NCBI RefSeq assembly: GCF_020745735.1
Contig: NW_026867863.1
Coordinates: 1,110,504 to 1,174,503 of the forward strand
DNA from: Hemiscyllium ocellatum
Lineage: Eukaryota
Length of the DNA stretch: 64,000 nucleotides
Direction of reading: 5' to 3'
Of the stretch, positions 1 to 14,108 are shown piece after piece (position 1 is the stretch's first letter; every line of letters starts with the position of its first letter). The notes under the pieces are model-generated. The model was not told the DNA's origin. It worked only from the letters and a program-made list of their open reading frames with translations, and made no database searches. A program made the position numbers and the translations under genes.

Positions 1-950
1 TGGGAGTTGGCTATCCTTTTCTTCTTCTCTCGTGAATCGGATTCCTGTGAGTGTGGCGTTGATGATCCGGTGTATTTTTTCTATTTCTGTGTTTTTGATG
101 ATTACAAAAGTGTCATCGACATATCTGACCCAGAGTTTGGGTTGAATTTGTGGTAGGGTTGTTTGTTCTAACCTTTGAATAACTGCCTTTGCTATGAGTT
201 CCGAGATTGGTGATCCCATGGGTGTTCCGTTGATTTGTTCGTATATCTGATTGTTGACTGTGAAGTGTGTAGTGAGGCGCAACTTTATCAACAGATGCCT
301 AAGAGATAGACCACGGAACGAGGACATGCCACAATAAAAAGGACTAGCCACACTACCATACATCAGAAGCGTTTCATATCTGACAGCCAGACTACTGCGA
401 CCCTTAGGACTCATAACGGCACACAAACCAACAGCCACGCTCAGACAACAACTTACTAGAACAAAGGACCCGATACCCAACATGAGCAAAACTAATGTAG
501 TTTACAAAATACCATGCAAGGACTGCACAAAACACTATATAGGACAAACATGAAGACAGCTAACAACCCGCATCCATGAACATCAGCTAGCCACAAAACG
601 ACACGACCAGCTATCCCTAGTAGCCACACACTCAGACAACAAGCAACATGAATTCTACTGGGAAAACACTACTATCATAGGGCAAGCCAGACAGAGAACA
701 GCCAGGGAATTCCTAGAGGCATGGCATTCATCCATAAACTCCATCAACAAACACATCGACCTGGACCCAATATACCAACCACTACAGCGGACAGCTGAAA
801 CTGACACCCGGAAGCGGCAAGGACAGACCACTATAAATACCGGAAGAAACATCAAAGAAGCGCTTCACAGGAGGCTCCAGAGCACTGATGATGTCTCCTA
901 GCCAGGGGACGAAACGTTCGCAACAAAAACTTCCAGCTCCGCAAACAGAT
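1..950. mobile_element. Penelope-like retroelement (RT + GIY-YIG endonuclease) with internal inversion
   Basis: 1-278 minus strand translates to an RT (GTPMGSPIS...LWVRYVDDTFV). ~279-900 plus strand gives linker plus GIY-YIG (VVYKIPCKDCTKHYIGQT*RQLTTRIHEH...REFLEAW), followed by a gatgatgtctcc...gaaacgtt tail. Confidence 0.85.
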
Positions 951-2639
951 CTTATATATTATACTAACCCCGATATTACCAGAATCATAATTTGCAGAGT
1001 GTTAGAGAAGCTGAGATCCACACAGAAAGATCAGCAGGACAATGTGATGGGCTAAAATTAGAGGACTCTGCAAGGGAATCTAAGAGGCATAGAAATGATA
1101 GGCTGGTCAAATCAGAAGTGACGTAAAAACTTTTGATGGTATTCGTTATAATGAAAGAGTTTGATGAACAAGGCGGATGAATTAATGGCTTAAACGAGGA
1201 AATTATGCGATTGCTCTCATGGTGACATGTTGAGAGAGGGGCAGAAGTGACTATTCAATATTCCACAATTTAGTGCCTTCAGGCGAGACAGGGAATGATG
1301 GGAAAAATGGGGGAGTGGGTGAGTGGTCGAAAATGTCCGTTCTGTAGTAATTCTGACAAGAGTATTTTAGACTGGAAAGAGAAACGAAGGCAAATAAACA
1401 GTACTTCCAAACCAGAATACAGCAAACATAACCACTGGCAGAGCACGATAGACCTTACTGTTTTGTCCAAATGGCTGAGAAGTGCAGATACATGGGCAAA
1501 TGTCAGAGCAACGTAAATTATCTTAAACGTAAATTAAATGAGAAAACAGGATTTTGTCTTCCTCAGCGTAGGCTTGGATATTCATTTTGCCAAAAATTTA
1601 GAGGGAACAGAATTTTGAAAATGCCCCCAGGAGAATATTTTCGCAAAGTTAGTGTTTAATACAGAACATTTTAATCCAGAATTTGCAAGAGAGGGGTGAA
1701 CCTGGACTTTACTTTAGAGATTGAAATCGATCGAGTAGGTAAAAATCAATGGTGGAGCTCTTTGCAGATGGTGATCTTCAATCTGTTGGATTCCAGATTG
1801 TTCTGGAAAAGGATAGAAATGGGTCCAAAGTTCTGAAAGGGGAAGGACAATGGTAATAAGATAAGGTAATGGTTTGACCAGAGTGGACTGGAATCTGAAA
1901 CTTCCTGGTAAATCTAAATCAGAGCATTGTGGCACATTTAAAATAAAAGAAATAGGAAAAGCGCAGGGAGAACATTTCCCATGAATCCACAGCGTGGGAC
2001 CAAGAATGCAGCGAGCCTGGAACGTAAAAGGACATAGCGGGTGAGATGAACAGAAACAAGGGAGACTTCCGTTCTATACTGAAATCTCAAAACAATAGAA
2101 ATTAGAATGAAGGACAGAATGTGCAAATGGGTATTTGCAAGAAAAAAAATGTATTAGGAGAGGAAAAGGGACCATGAGAAAATAATAACAGTCAAAATAA
2201 AGAAAACTATTTTAATAAGTTATGGGTTCATTCATAAAAGAATAATTTGGGGAACAGTAATACCCATTAGATGATATTATTGGCATGAGCCAGAGGATTA
2301 CGTTGCAGTCGAAACAAATGTGCTGTGTCAGTTTTCAACAGTAAGAGAAACAATGTGGGGATAGAAATCATGGAGGAGTGTTGTAATGTACTTTCAAAAG
2401 TTCGGTCAGACGATGTGATGTTCTTTGTTGTCTTGCTGGATGAAACGTGCTTATATTTCCAGGGCAGATGAAATATATAACAAGCTGTTGAGTGATGCAA
2501 AGGATGCAATAGTTGTGTCGCTGACAATGGTTTAGAATTACTGTCTGACATGTGAGTGCAGATCAGTCAACGTTGCATTGTTATGCAGGAGGAAGGAAGG
2601 GATAAACAATGAAAATGCAGATCTTTCAAGCTAGTCTCA

Positions 2640-3895
2640 GTGGTAGGGAAACTATTGGAACTATTGAGGAGCAGAATTTGTCTTCATTTGCAAGATCAAT
2701 CAACAACTTCCAGCATGGTTTTATTGAGAGAAAATCATATCTTAACAATTTGGTGGTAGTTTTCAGACAGATAAATCAATGACCAAATGACAGCAATAAT
2801 CAGAGCCAATAGGATCAGAGTTAAATTTCCAAATTGGATCGAGAATTGGCTGAGTGGTCGGGAGCAGAGGATAATGGTCATAAGGTGTCTGCGTGACTGT
2901 AAATCTATGTCTCATGATGTTCTGCAGGGATCAGTGCTGATTTCCTTGCTGTTTCTCTTATATACCAATGATTGAGAATGGAATGTAGGAAGGTTAATCA
3001 GCAACTTCGGAGATGAAAGGAAAATTGTCATGTTGGTAAGTCATGAGCATGATAGTTTTAGAGCGCAGGACGTCATACAAGGATTGATTATATGTGAAGA
3101 GAAGTTGCAAATGGAAATCACTCTAGATAAGAGTAAAGTATTGCACTGCGGCAGAAGAAACTGCGAGGTATTACGTTTTGAATGGTGGAAACCTGGAAAT
3201 AGCTGAGGGCCATTGGTGTTCGCACCCACTGATCCCCTATATTAATGCGTCATATGGATAAAGAGGCGAGGAAGTTCGGGAGGATATTTGTTCATTTTAG
3301 GTGAGACATTGACAATGAAGAGTAGGGAGATGATGCTGGAACTTAATAACACATTGATTAGGCCATACTGAAGTGCTGTGTGCATGCTATCGACAGAATT
3401 TGATTACGCTGAAAGCAGCATTAATGAGCTTTGCAAGGATTTTGCCTGGGTTGAAGTATTTTATTTATGAAAAGATTAGACAGACGGGGGATATCCTTGC
3501 AGCAGAGGAGAATTAAGGAGAAGATGATTGCGATGTCTATACCTCAAATAATTCCAGGCAGGCTGAACTGGACAAAAACAATCCCCTTGAGGGAGAGATC
3601 AATGCCTCAGGGGCACAGGGTGAAGGCAAGGCCAGGAGTTTTAGGATGGATCTCAAGTCAAAACAATCTCAAACAGAGGGTGATGTGAGTCTGGAGCTCA
3701 GTGCTGACAAGTTATGTAGAGATTGAGCCCCTCATAATATGTATGAAATATTTAGATCCATACTTGCAAAGGCATGTCACACAAGGCAACGGATCAAGTG
3801 CTGGCACATGAAACTGGCACAGTTAGGTGGCTGTTATTTTTAGGTGTGGATTGGATGGACCAACGGGCCTTTTCCTGTGCTGTATAAAATGCTTC
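2640..3895 (+). mobile_element. Old degenerate CR1-type LINE, RT and 3' end
   Basis: WIENWLSGREQRIMV and LQGSVLISLLFLLYTND resemble the CR1 RT GVPQGSVLGPLLF..Y.ND motif; CR1-like 3' tail ends near 3890. Confidence 0.7.
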
Positions 3896-3973
3896 TGTGA
3901 GAATGGTTATCAATAATGCCTCATTCATGTTAATCACAGATGTTCTGTTGATCTCAGTTCCCACAACACTTAC

Positions 3974-4279
3974 CTGGACATGGCATTTCTTTGCTCTTGT
4001 GTGACCCGTTGTGTTGAACCTCACAGTAGATTTTGGTGGGGCAATCTACTGCTGACCCGGGCAGGGTTAACTGGCTGCTCTGGGTATAGGTTCCACTCTT
4101 GTTTCTTACTGATCGGTAAGTCTTCAATCCAGTCGTGATTAACTCCCCACCTTTCTTCCAGGTTACCTTGGTTACATCAGGGTAATAGTCCATTGCCAAA
4201 CAACCAAAGATCGGAGAACCGGTGTTGTGGTCCTCACAGGAGGAGACCAGGCCATAAAGCGTGGGGGGAGACGGTGTCT
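3974..4279 (-). CDS. IGHM: IgM heavy chain constant exon Cmu1 (cluster 1), open frame
   Basis: 306-bp phase-1/phase-1 exon between ctatcgtag| and |gtaagt. Translation (E)[101 protein letters not shown] has both Ig cysteines and the Trp, and matches the remembered shark IgM CH1 pattern. Confidence 0.93.
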
Positions 4280-4639
4280 CTACGATAGAAAGATCAATTG
4301 AGCACATTAGTTTCTGTTAATTTGTCCATATCAGTTACTCAAATGCATCTTCATTTGTAAACGTTTTCCAGCATCCTCCTGCTGAAGTCCACAGTATAAC
4401 TGGAGTTTATTTTTACTTCTTAACAGATGTTGATCATGATCTATATGTTTCCTCTTCATAAACATGCCCTCTATCTTTACCATTACCATATAATTTAGGA
4501 AGAAGAACATGCTGATCCCACCCCAGTAACTGTTTTAAAATCTTACCAACTGACACTTTCACTGGGTTGCAAGTGAAGAGCAGAGAGGTTTTACAAAATA
4601 CAAACCAAGGAAATGCGCATTCATCAAAATTCTACAGTG

Positions 4640-4985
4640 TGTGCAAACAGGCCATTTGGCCCAACATATCCACACCAACACTCTGAAAAGTAACCATCCA
4701 GGCTCATTGCTCTACCCTAATACTCTACATTTAACTCTGACTAATGGACCTAACATGCCAATCCCTGAACACAGAATGCTGAAACTGCGGACCTCACTTT
4801 CTCCCTGAACACAGCATGGCTAATTTACCCAGCTTGCACATCTATAGACCTTTCGAACAAACCCACACAGCCACAGAGAGAATGTGAAAACTCCACACAG
4901 ACAGTCACCCGAGGATGGAATAGAACCCGAGTCCCAAGTGCTTTGTTGTAGCAATGCTAACCACGGAAACAGTGTGCCACCCGAC
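4640..4985 (-). mobile_element. tRNA-derived SINE (HE1-like), shared with right arm 44330-44610
   Basis: Reverse complement begins gggtggcac...gtggttagcattgct...gggttctattcc (A/B boxes), then gactgtctgtgtggagtt core. Confidence 0.85.
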
Positions 4986-5569
4986 TAGGTACCGTGCTGC
5001 ATGAAATCAGAAACGAAATCAGATATTGCTGGAAAAACCCAACAGCTGGCAGTATTTCTAGAAAGAAATCAGAGTGAACAGTTCAGGTCCAGTGACTCTT
5101 TCTCATTTATCAAGGCAGAATGTTCTCTCAGGAAAGATGGTCACTGCAGCAGCAGCATGGGCAGGAGCTGAGCACTGGGACTTGGAGGAAGTCTATCATA
5201 GCTGGACTCATGTCAATTGTCTGAAAGTTGAAACTTCTAATTTAAAATTATCTGAATTCTGGAGGACTCTGAAAAATGGAAGAGCATTAGGGTTCAAAGG
5301 CTTTGAAGGGTTACAACTAACTGAGTTGACTATTTACGTAAATATGATTTGAAAAATTAACAAGTACTCTTTAACTTTAATACATTTCAAACTGACACGC
5401 AGTTCACCACCAAAACCATCATGTCTCAGACTGAGCCCTGCTCTCCCTCGCTGTCTAGACCTAAATTTCCACTCACATTGCCAAATCCTTCCGGTTACTC
5501 ACCCATTCATCCCCGGAATACACCACCCCTATCACAAGAAACACATCCAAGACAATCCATATCGGTCAT

Positions 5570-6530
5570 GTCGATGAGCAGAGAGACCTCGGTGTCCATG
5601 TGTATAGAGCCAGTCAGGTTGATAGGATTGCTAAGAAGGCATACATTGAGTTGGCTTTCATTAGTAGAGGGACTGTGTTTCAAAAGCATGATGTTGCCTC
5701 CTGTGGCGGGAAGGTTTTATGAGGAAAGCATGAGGTTCTTGAGGCTGTTTTTGTTTGAGTGGAGAAGTTTGAGAGGTAACTTAATTGAGAGATATACGAT
5801 AATCAGAGGGTTAGATAGGGTAAGCAGAGAGAGTATTTTTCCTTGGATGATGATGGCTAGCAGGAGGGGACATAGCCCTAAATTGAAGGCTGATAGGTAG
5901 AGGACAGGTGTCAGAAGTAGTTTCTTTAATCAGAGAGTAGTAAGGGTGTGGACGGCACTGTCTCAACAATAGTATATGTGTGAAATTTGAGGACATGTGA
6001 AATGTCATTGGATGAACATATGGGTGAAAATGAAATAGTGGAGGATAAAAGGTTTCAGATTGGTTTCACAGGTTGGCATGAAATAGACGCTTGAAGGGAC
6101 TGTACTGCAGTCTAATGTTCCATGTTCTACATTCTAGATTGATACATAATGTCAATCCCAGAGGTTTATATAATTATGAGGGGCATGGATAGGATAAATA
6201 GACAAAGTCTTTTCCTTTGTTTCAGGGAATCCAGAACAAGAGTGCATAGGTTTAACGTGAGAGGGCTAAGATGTAAAAGAGACCTAAGGGGGGATTTTTT
6301 CATGGAAAGAGTGATCCATGAATGGAATTAGCTGCCAGAGGAATTTGTGGAGGCAGTTACAATTTCAACATTTAAGAGAAATTTTAATGGGTGTATGAAT
6401 AGGAAGGGTTTGGAGGAATATGGGTCGGGTGCTGGCAGGTGGGACTAGATTGGGTTGGGATATCTGGTCGGCATGGTTTGGTGGCGTGAAGGGTCTGTTG
6501 CCATGCTGTACATCTATATGACCCTGTAAT
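5570..6530 (+). mobile_element. Two CR1 LINE 3' fragments
   Basis: RGNLIERYTIIRGLDRVSRESIFP and MRGMDRINRQSLF...RGDFFMERVIHEWN; ggcaggtgggactagattggg tail. Confidence 0.8.
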
Positions 6531-6948
6531 TCCACTGCTGCCACCCTGCGTCTGTCCATGTTGAATTTGGCCCTGACTGGACATGGCACCCTCATTTTTA
6601 CAACCTCTGTCAGAACCCCACTACCCAGGCATGACCTCAGCCCTTGGTCACTGATCTCTCATCTTATCCAAGTCAACGTGTGCACACTGCATCCTAGCTC
6701 CTTTCGCATTTGTCCTTTACCTCATTCCATTTCTCCAGACTCTGAGCTTTGCATTTTGACATCAAGTCCACCTGCCACTGCATTACAGTGACCTTCTGCT
6801 CTCGAAAGAGCCTGGCATCCTGCACATCTCTCCAATCAGCAGCGTGGCACTCTGCTGATCTCTCCGCTAACAAGCTTGGCAAAGATAGACCTCCTGTATT
6901 TCAACTCAAACGGTCCCTCATTTACCAAGCACAATTTGACGAAACTGT

Positions 6949-7135
6949 GGGCAGCACGGTGGCATAGTGGTTAGCACTGCTGCCTCGCAGCGTCAGAGAC
7001 CCGGGGTCAATTCCCACCTCAGGCGACTCTGTGTGGTGTTTGCACATTCTGCCCGTGTTTGCGTGGGTTTCTTCCGGTTTCCTCCCCCAATCCAATAATA
7101 TGCAGATAGGTGAATTGGCAATGCTAAATTTTCCG
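6949..7135 (+). mobile_element. tRNA-derived SINE (HE1-like), 5' part
   Basis: gggcagcacggtggcatagtggttagcactgctgcctc...ggggtcaattccc (A and B boxes). Confidence 0.85.
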
Positions 7136-7619
7136 TACTGGTAAATGGCCAGCCAAAGCCTACTAACTCAAACAATCTCATACTCCCAATCTATCCCCTC
7201 ACTTGCTTACCAACGTTGAGCAAACTGCACAATGAAGCCATAGAGTCATAAAGCCACATAGCACAGAACATTTCCTTTGTTATGCTTTCCTTTATTGGTC
7301 AGAGTACAGTTTGTCCATGCTGACCAGAGTTTTCAAATTAAACTAATTCCATTTGTCTGCTATTAGCACACATCCATCAGAACCTATCCAATTCCTATAC
7401 CTGTGCAAATGTCTTGTAAGTGTTGTACCTGTCTCTGCATTTACCACTTCCTCCGGCATTTCATTCCAATGTCTGGTACAGTTACAGAAAGAAGATTCAA
7501 CTCCTGCACTCAATGCTCTGACCAATGAAGGAGCATGTGCCAAACCTTCAACACACTGTCTACTTGAGGCAATGTTTTCAAGAATTTATGTATCTGAACC
7601 CCCTGGTCCCTGTATTCAA

Positions 7620-9535
7620 CATTACTACCCAGTGAGAGTATAAAGGAAGTAGGAGTATACTTAAGAGGGATATCAGGAGTGCAAAAAGGGGACATGAGAC
7701 AGCTTTGGCAAATAGAATTAAGGAGAATCAGAAGAGTTTTTAAAATTACATTACGGACAAAAAAGTAACGAGGGAGAGAATAGGGCCCCTCAATGATCAA
7801 CATGGTGGCTTTTGTGTTGAGCCGCAGAAAATGGCGAGAGTATTTTGCGTCAATATTTACTGTAAAAAAGGATATTGAAGATAAAGACATAGGGAAATGC
7901 ATAGTGACATCTTGTAAAATGTCCATGTTATTAAAGACATTGCTAGATATCTTGAAACGGGTAAAGATGGATAAATCCACATGACCTGATCAGGTGTAGC
8001 TTAAAACTCTGTGGGAATCTAGAGAAGTGATTGTGGGACCCTTGATGAGATATTTGTATCAACGATAGTTACAGGTGAAGAGCCGGATGACTGGAGGTTG
8101 GCTATCGTGTTGCCACTGTTTATGGAGGAAATGCCATAGAACTATAGACCAGTGAGTCTGACGTAGGTTGTGGGTAAGTTGCTGGAGGGAATCCTGAGGG
8201 ACAGGCTGTACCTGGATTTGGAAAAGCAAGGACTGATTAGGGATAGTCAACATGATGTTGTGTATGGGAAAGCCTGCCTCACAAACTTGACTGAGTTTTT
8301 TGAGGAATTACCAAAAAGGATTTATGAGGGCAGAGTGGTAGATGTGATCTATATGGACTTCAGGCAGGCGTTTGACAAGGTTCCCCATGTGATACTGATT
8401 AACAAGGTTAGCTCTCACGGAATACAGGGAGAACTCAGCATTTGGATACAGAACTTGCTCAAAGGTAGAAGATAGAGGGTCTTGGTGGAGAGTTGTTTTT
8501 CAGACTTGAGGCCAGTTCCCAGTTGAGTGCCACAAGGATCGGTACTGGGGCCTCTACTTCTTGTCATTTACATAATTGGTTTGGATGCCAGCATAAGGGG
8601 TACAGTTAGTAAGTTTGTTGATGACACCAAATTGGAGGTGTAGAGGACAACGGAGAGGGTTATCTCATTAAACAACAGGTCGTTGACCAGATAGGCCAAT
8701 GAGTTGAGAAGTGGCAGATGGAGTTTAATTCAGATAAATGCGAGGTGCTGCATTTTATGAAAGCAAATCTTAGCAGAAATTCTACACTTAATGGTCAGGT
8801 CCGAGGGAGTGTAGCTGAACATAGAGAACTTGGAGTGCACATTAATACCTCCTTGAAAGTCTAGTCGCAGGTAGATTGAATCGTGAAGAAGGCGTTTGTT
8901 ATGCTTTCCTTTATTGGTCAGAGTATTGAATGCAGGAGTTGGGAGGACATGTTGTGGCTGTATAGGACATTGTTTTGGCCACTGTCGGAACATTGTGTGC
9001 AATTCTGGTCTCCTTATTATCGAAAAGATGATGTGGAACTTGAAAGGGTTCAGAAAAGATTTAACAAGCATGTTGCCAGGATTGGTGGATGTGAGCTAGA
9101 GGGTGAAGCTGGACAGGCTGGGGCTGTTTTCCCTGGAACTTCAGAGACTTAGTGCTTGAACTTATACAGGTTTAGAAAATCCTGAGGGACATGGTTAGAG
9201 TAAATAGGCAAAGTTTATTTTCTCCTGGGTTCGGGGAGTCCAGAACTAGAGGGAATAGGTTTAGGGTGAGGGGGAAAGACACAAAAAGACATAAGGGACA
9301 ACTTTTTCACACAGAAGGTAGTACGTGTATGGAATGAGATGCCAGAGCAAGTGGTGGAGACTGGTACAATTGCAACATTTAAGAGGCATTTGGATGGCTA
9401 TATGAATAGGAAGTGTTTGGAGGGATATGGGCCATGTGCTGGCAGGTGGGACTAGATTGGGGTGGGATGTCTGGTCGGCATGGACGAGTTGGAACAAAGA
9501 GTCTATTTCCTTGCTCTACATCTCTATGACTATAT
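7620..9535 (+). mobile_element. CR1 LINE ORF2 (RT) and 3' UTR, frameshifted
   Basis: CLTNLTEFFEE, VDVIYMDFRQAFDKVPH, VPQGSVLG, SKFVDDTK and CVQFWSPYYRKD motifs; ctctatgactatatgac terminal repeat. Confidence 0.9.
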
Positions 9536-12500
9536 GACGCTGTAAGAATCGATGCTTCTGAACTCCCAGGTCTCTCTGTTGGACAACACGATCCAGTGCC
9601 CTACAATTATCTCTGCAAGTTGTGACCTGCTTTATCTTCTTTAAAGGTCGTTTTCATTTAATCTATACTCCAATTGCAACTCTTCAGCCCATTTGCCCAA
9701 TTGCCCAATTGATCACGATCTCTTTTAGATAACGTTCATTGCCAATTATAGCACCAATTTTGGTTTCATGTGCAAATTTACAAACCATGCCCCATTCGTC
9801 GTTCTCATGACTTTCAACCGATATTGTACCCTGTTTGTCTTTTTTTCCACATACTCGTAGTATATCTTCAGAATTGAAGGAATCTATCTCCTTCTTGAAA
9901 TCACTTAATGTTTTAACCTCAAGCAATTTAGTGGCGGAGAATTCCAATGGTTCACCATTCGTTCATTGAACAGTAAAGAATCGGGCTCAATTTTATCGGC
10001 TGTTGGAAAGACTGGTGAGCAGCAGGATTTATGATGATCCCATGAATACAATAGCATTCTAAAGTGACCGAGGTGCCTAATTCAGCTTCTAATTTGTATT
10101 CTAACATGTCCCTGGCAACATGTTTCAAAATTGTGATCTTTGAGGATAAGGGCGTGCATGCATGAAAATGCTTCATCTGAATGATTACCTCCAAATTAGA
10201 CTCCACCTTGACTTGCAACTATTTCCCTGCCGTTTTACTTTTCCTCAATCACAGCCATGGGACTCACTTTCTAACAGTGCTGTGAATGCTAATACCACAC
10301 GAGCTTCAGCAATTCAAGTATGCTGAGGACAACTGGTTTTTCAATGCGATATAAAAGTTTGATACTTCCACACCTGTCCGCCGGAAGAATTGAAAAGTAT
10401 TTGAGGCACTTGCGTGCCCACACAAGATGACATGTTGAATGGTTTAATTCTGTGTGGTTTGACTGCGTTTTCACTCAACTAACAGAGCTATTTCGTAATC
10501 ATATAATGGAAATGAGGATTCCCTCATTTTTAGCACGGCAATCACACATTATGCTTTCCTGGAATAAAGAAGTACCATTAGTGGAATACGAGACTGGGAT
10601 GTTACAGCCTCATTGTGTCCCTTTAAATACTCACAGAAATACCTTTCAAAAACGGTGTCTTCCTTTGTTATGGGCAGTCGAACCATTAAATTTGGGATAG
10701 ACTTTGCTTGCAAAACAACGGTAGTAAAGAGTTTTAGCCAAAGAGAGGCGTCTGCAGTTAGTGCGCAGATGCACCATGATATAAGTAAGTGGTGGATCAG
10801 CTCGAGGGCTTAGTGCTGTCCTCCTCCCCATCCCTATCATGTGTCAGTCGTTAGGTTAGCACTGGCGGTGAACAATTTGTATTAAAATATTTTAGCAAAT
10901 TAATTGTTTCACACATTCTTTAAAAAGTAATTCTGTTGATTACAGGTATTTGGAATGGGAGCACTGACATTCACTACTTGACTGATCAAAATAACTCTCA
11001 CCCAAATACAGCAGGCACTGCACTCTGGAGTGTGCTGTTACTTCATGATGCTTTCTTGTAAAACATGATTCTCTGATAATAAATATCTCTGAACATTCTC
11101 AATTTGTTTAAGTGCATTTTCTCTCTGAAGAACTTGTTTAATCGAACAGAACATTTTTAGAAATGAATCAAAAAACTTGGAATACTAGAAAACTAAAATA
11201 AAGACAGAAATTTCTGAAGAAACTCAGCAGGTCTGGCAGCTCCTGTGGAGAGAAAGCGAGGTTAACGTTTCACGTCGAGAGACACCCCTCACCCCGCTAC
11301 CCCATCCCCTCCCGCTTCAGGAAATTGTTTTCATGCTATTGGCACAAGAACTCACACCTGTTGAGTTAGACAGCGGTTACGTTTGCTTGACTGCAGTGAG
11401 AAAAGCATTCTTAGCAGAGGTAGTGGATGAGCCGAGATAACAATTGAAGACCACTTGAAAAGCTATCACCATATGATGCAAGTGTTGGAATCAGCGGAAC
11501 CCCCATTGTACTGAACAATCATATTCAGCCACAGCACCAGTTTAATATAAAGTAAAACAACCTAGGCATAATCTCATCAATTATGCTTCAAAACAATACA
11601 TTCTGGATTAGTTATACGTGATATTATTTGAACAGCAGTTATAAAGCTGGGAATTATTAAAGGACTTACTCGATTAACCCCAGCTAGATGTGCTCAAAAT
11701 CTTGTGAACAAATATTGATCTCGAAAAAGCTGCTAAACGCCAAAGTTTTGTTTAATATCTAAGAGATACAAGTCAGGACAGAGATGAAATAGATTTCACC
11801 TGCCTCTGTGAGTGGAACTCCAACAAACACACTAACAACTCAATCTGCTTTTTTGCCCAGAATTAACCGGATAAGAGTTGGTATTTTATACTTCTCAACC
11901 AGGCTGTAAGTGAACACAGGCCGCTTGCCATGGAGTCAGGCACACTACAATAATATCACAGCAGACCTGAACACAATGAGCTTCACACTATCTCAGAGAA
12001 GACAGCCCACCTGTTTGACAGTACATACACGATGTTAAGTATTGATACTTTCCAACAACAAGGGATTGTTCCAGAAAGTTTGTACACGAAAGTAACATTG
12101 CAACAATTATCAAAGAATACTTTGACAGCAGCTCCGAATTGTCCAAATTCTCTGAGGAATAAAAAGTGGGATTACATTACCATCAATTCACTGACACTGG
12201 ATTTTAACCTAGAACTCCCTTCCCTAGAACCCCTATGAATGTTGCTGCCCCACGTGGTCTACTTAGTTTGATATAGATGAAAATGTTTTGAAATGCATTA
12301 TGACCGTTGCCAGTGATATTAAACGCTAATAGGTTTTCAAATAGTAAGATGCAAAATAATTTTTGATTCTACATTGTGCTACATGTCCATGACCAACTGA
12401 GGCACAAAAGGAAATAATCAGCATGTTTCCCTCTTCATCGCTCAATCAAGTATCCCTTATTGCCAAGAACCAATATCAAAACATTTGGAATCTGCCTGCC

Positions 12501-13184
12501 TTTTGTTACTGTGGTATTCGTTCTGATTGGAATAACTTAGCCACGGCACTCAGTTCTGAGGCACCCAATCAAATATTGCAGTTCTGGCAGATAAAAGTCG
12601 ATTTGAAGAGCAAGATAAAATTGAACTATCGAAAATTCAGGTACCCAAACCAGACAATTTACAAATGGTCAGGACCCGTTGACAAGTTAGTCGGAGATAA
12701 CACTGAAACGAAATGTACAACAATCTGTATGTTAGCAGATATATCTGCTCAATTCCTCACATCCAATGTATTCACTGCAATTGAACATTCATCAGAGGAA
12801 CTAACCAAAGGATTAATGCAAACGAGAACGTGTTCACAATGAACATAGATAATCACTGAGTCAATAAACTTAATAAGTCGTTGTAATTAGCAATGGTGAG
12901 ATATGTCAACAATTAATGCAAAGCTCCGGAGGAAATGGATAATACTCCAAATAGTTTTTACATATCTGAAAGCATTTCTTGAACTGTGGAGATTTTACAT
13001 GAACTGCATGACGTTAGTCCTGCATTACAGTGTGGAAATGCATGTCTGTTGAAGAAATTAGGGCAAATTCATTTTCTTGTTAGCAGCTTTTCATGTACGA
13101 AAATGTTTTTTTTTTAAAAAAGTGTGAATTGAAAACATGCTTCTCTCTGGAGTTGCCCGCTTTAACTGAGTGGCTAAGTAAATG

Positions 13185-13497
13185 TGGGCAGAGCGGTGGA
13201 TTTGTGTTGCGCACTGCTGCCTCACAGATCCAGGTACCGGGGTTCGGTTTCAGCCTCGGGTGACTGTCTCTGTGGAGTTTACACAGTTTCTACTTTGGCT
13301 GCGTGGGAATCCTCCCACAATTCAAGGATGTGCCCGTCAGGTGAACTGGTCGTGCTATATTGTCCATGGTGTTAGGTGCATTACTCAAGGGTAAATATAG
13401 GGTAGGGGAATGGGTCTGGGTGGGTTGCTCTTCACAGGATCGGTGTGGCCTTGTAGGGTCAAATGGCCCAATATATACTATAGGAAATCAAATCTAA
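13185..13497 (+). mobile_element. tRNA-derived SINE, shared with right arm 38280-38575
   Basis: gggcagagcggtgg...gcactgctgcctcacag...gggttcggtttc; orthologous inverted copy in the right arm. Confidence 0.8.
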
Positions 13498-13606
13498 ATA
13501 ATCATCATACTTAACTAACGTGAGCAGTCTCCTTCAGATTGCTACATTGCAATAATCGGTCAAGTATATTGATTAAAAAAAAATACTCTATTTTCAGCGT
13601 TTGAAT

Positions 13607-13665
13607 AAACAATGTGCCCTGTTATCCTCTAGTTCAAACAATGTACTCTGTTATCCTCTAGTTCA
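13607..13665. repeat. 29-bp tandem duplication, left arm only
   Basis: aaacaatgt(gcc/act)ctgttatcctctagttc occurs twice; single copy near 38150-38175. Confidence 0.75.
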
Positions 13666-13779
13666 TGTCTTCTGCAAATTTATGAACTCCGCATATGTCT
13701 AAATACATCGATGGGAAATAAATTCTCTGCTTTTGCAGCAAGTACTTCCATTGTTTTAGAGTACATTTCCAACATATTG

Positions 13780-14108
13780 GAAACAGGCCATTTGGCCTAA
13801 CAATTCCACACCGATCGCCCGAGCAATATGGAGCCCACGAAAACCCATTTACCCAACCCATATTTACCCCACCGAATGCACCCTAAATATGCACATTCCT
13901 GAACACTATGTGCAAAGCAACACTGCCAATTCACCTAACCTGCCCATTTTCAGGCTGTGGAAGGAAACCGGAACACCTGGAGAAAGCCGACGCAGACACG
14001 GGGCGAATGTGCAAAGTCCGTACAGATAGTTACCCGAGGGTAAAATCGAACCTGGGATCCCGGCGATGTGAAGCATCAATGCTAACCACTGAGCCATGAT
14101 GCTGCCCT
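13780..14108 (-). mobile_element. tRNA-derived SINE, shared with right arm 37678-38045
   Basis: Reverse complement gggcagcatcatggctcagtggttagcattgatgcttcac...gggttcgatttt. Confidence 0.85.

Noticed and set aside
950-3700. Expected Cmu2 exon downstream of cluster 1 Cmu1
   Set aside because: No minus-strand frame shows Ig C-domain motifs; the remaining exons presumably lie left of the window.
6949-7030. tRNA-like A/B boxes, here and in other SINE heads
   Set aside because: They continue into the SINE core and are not cloverleaf tRNA genes.
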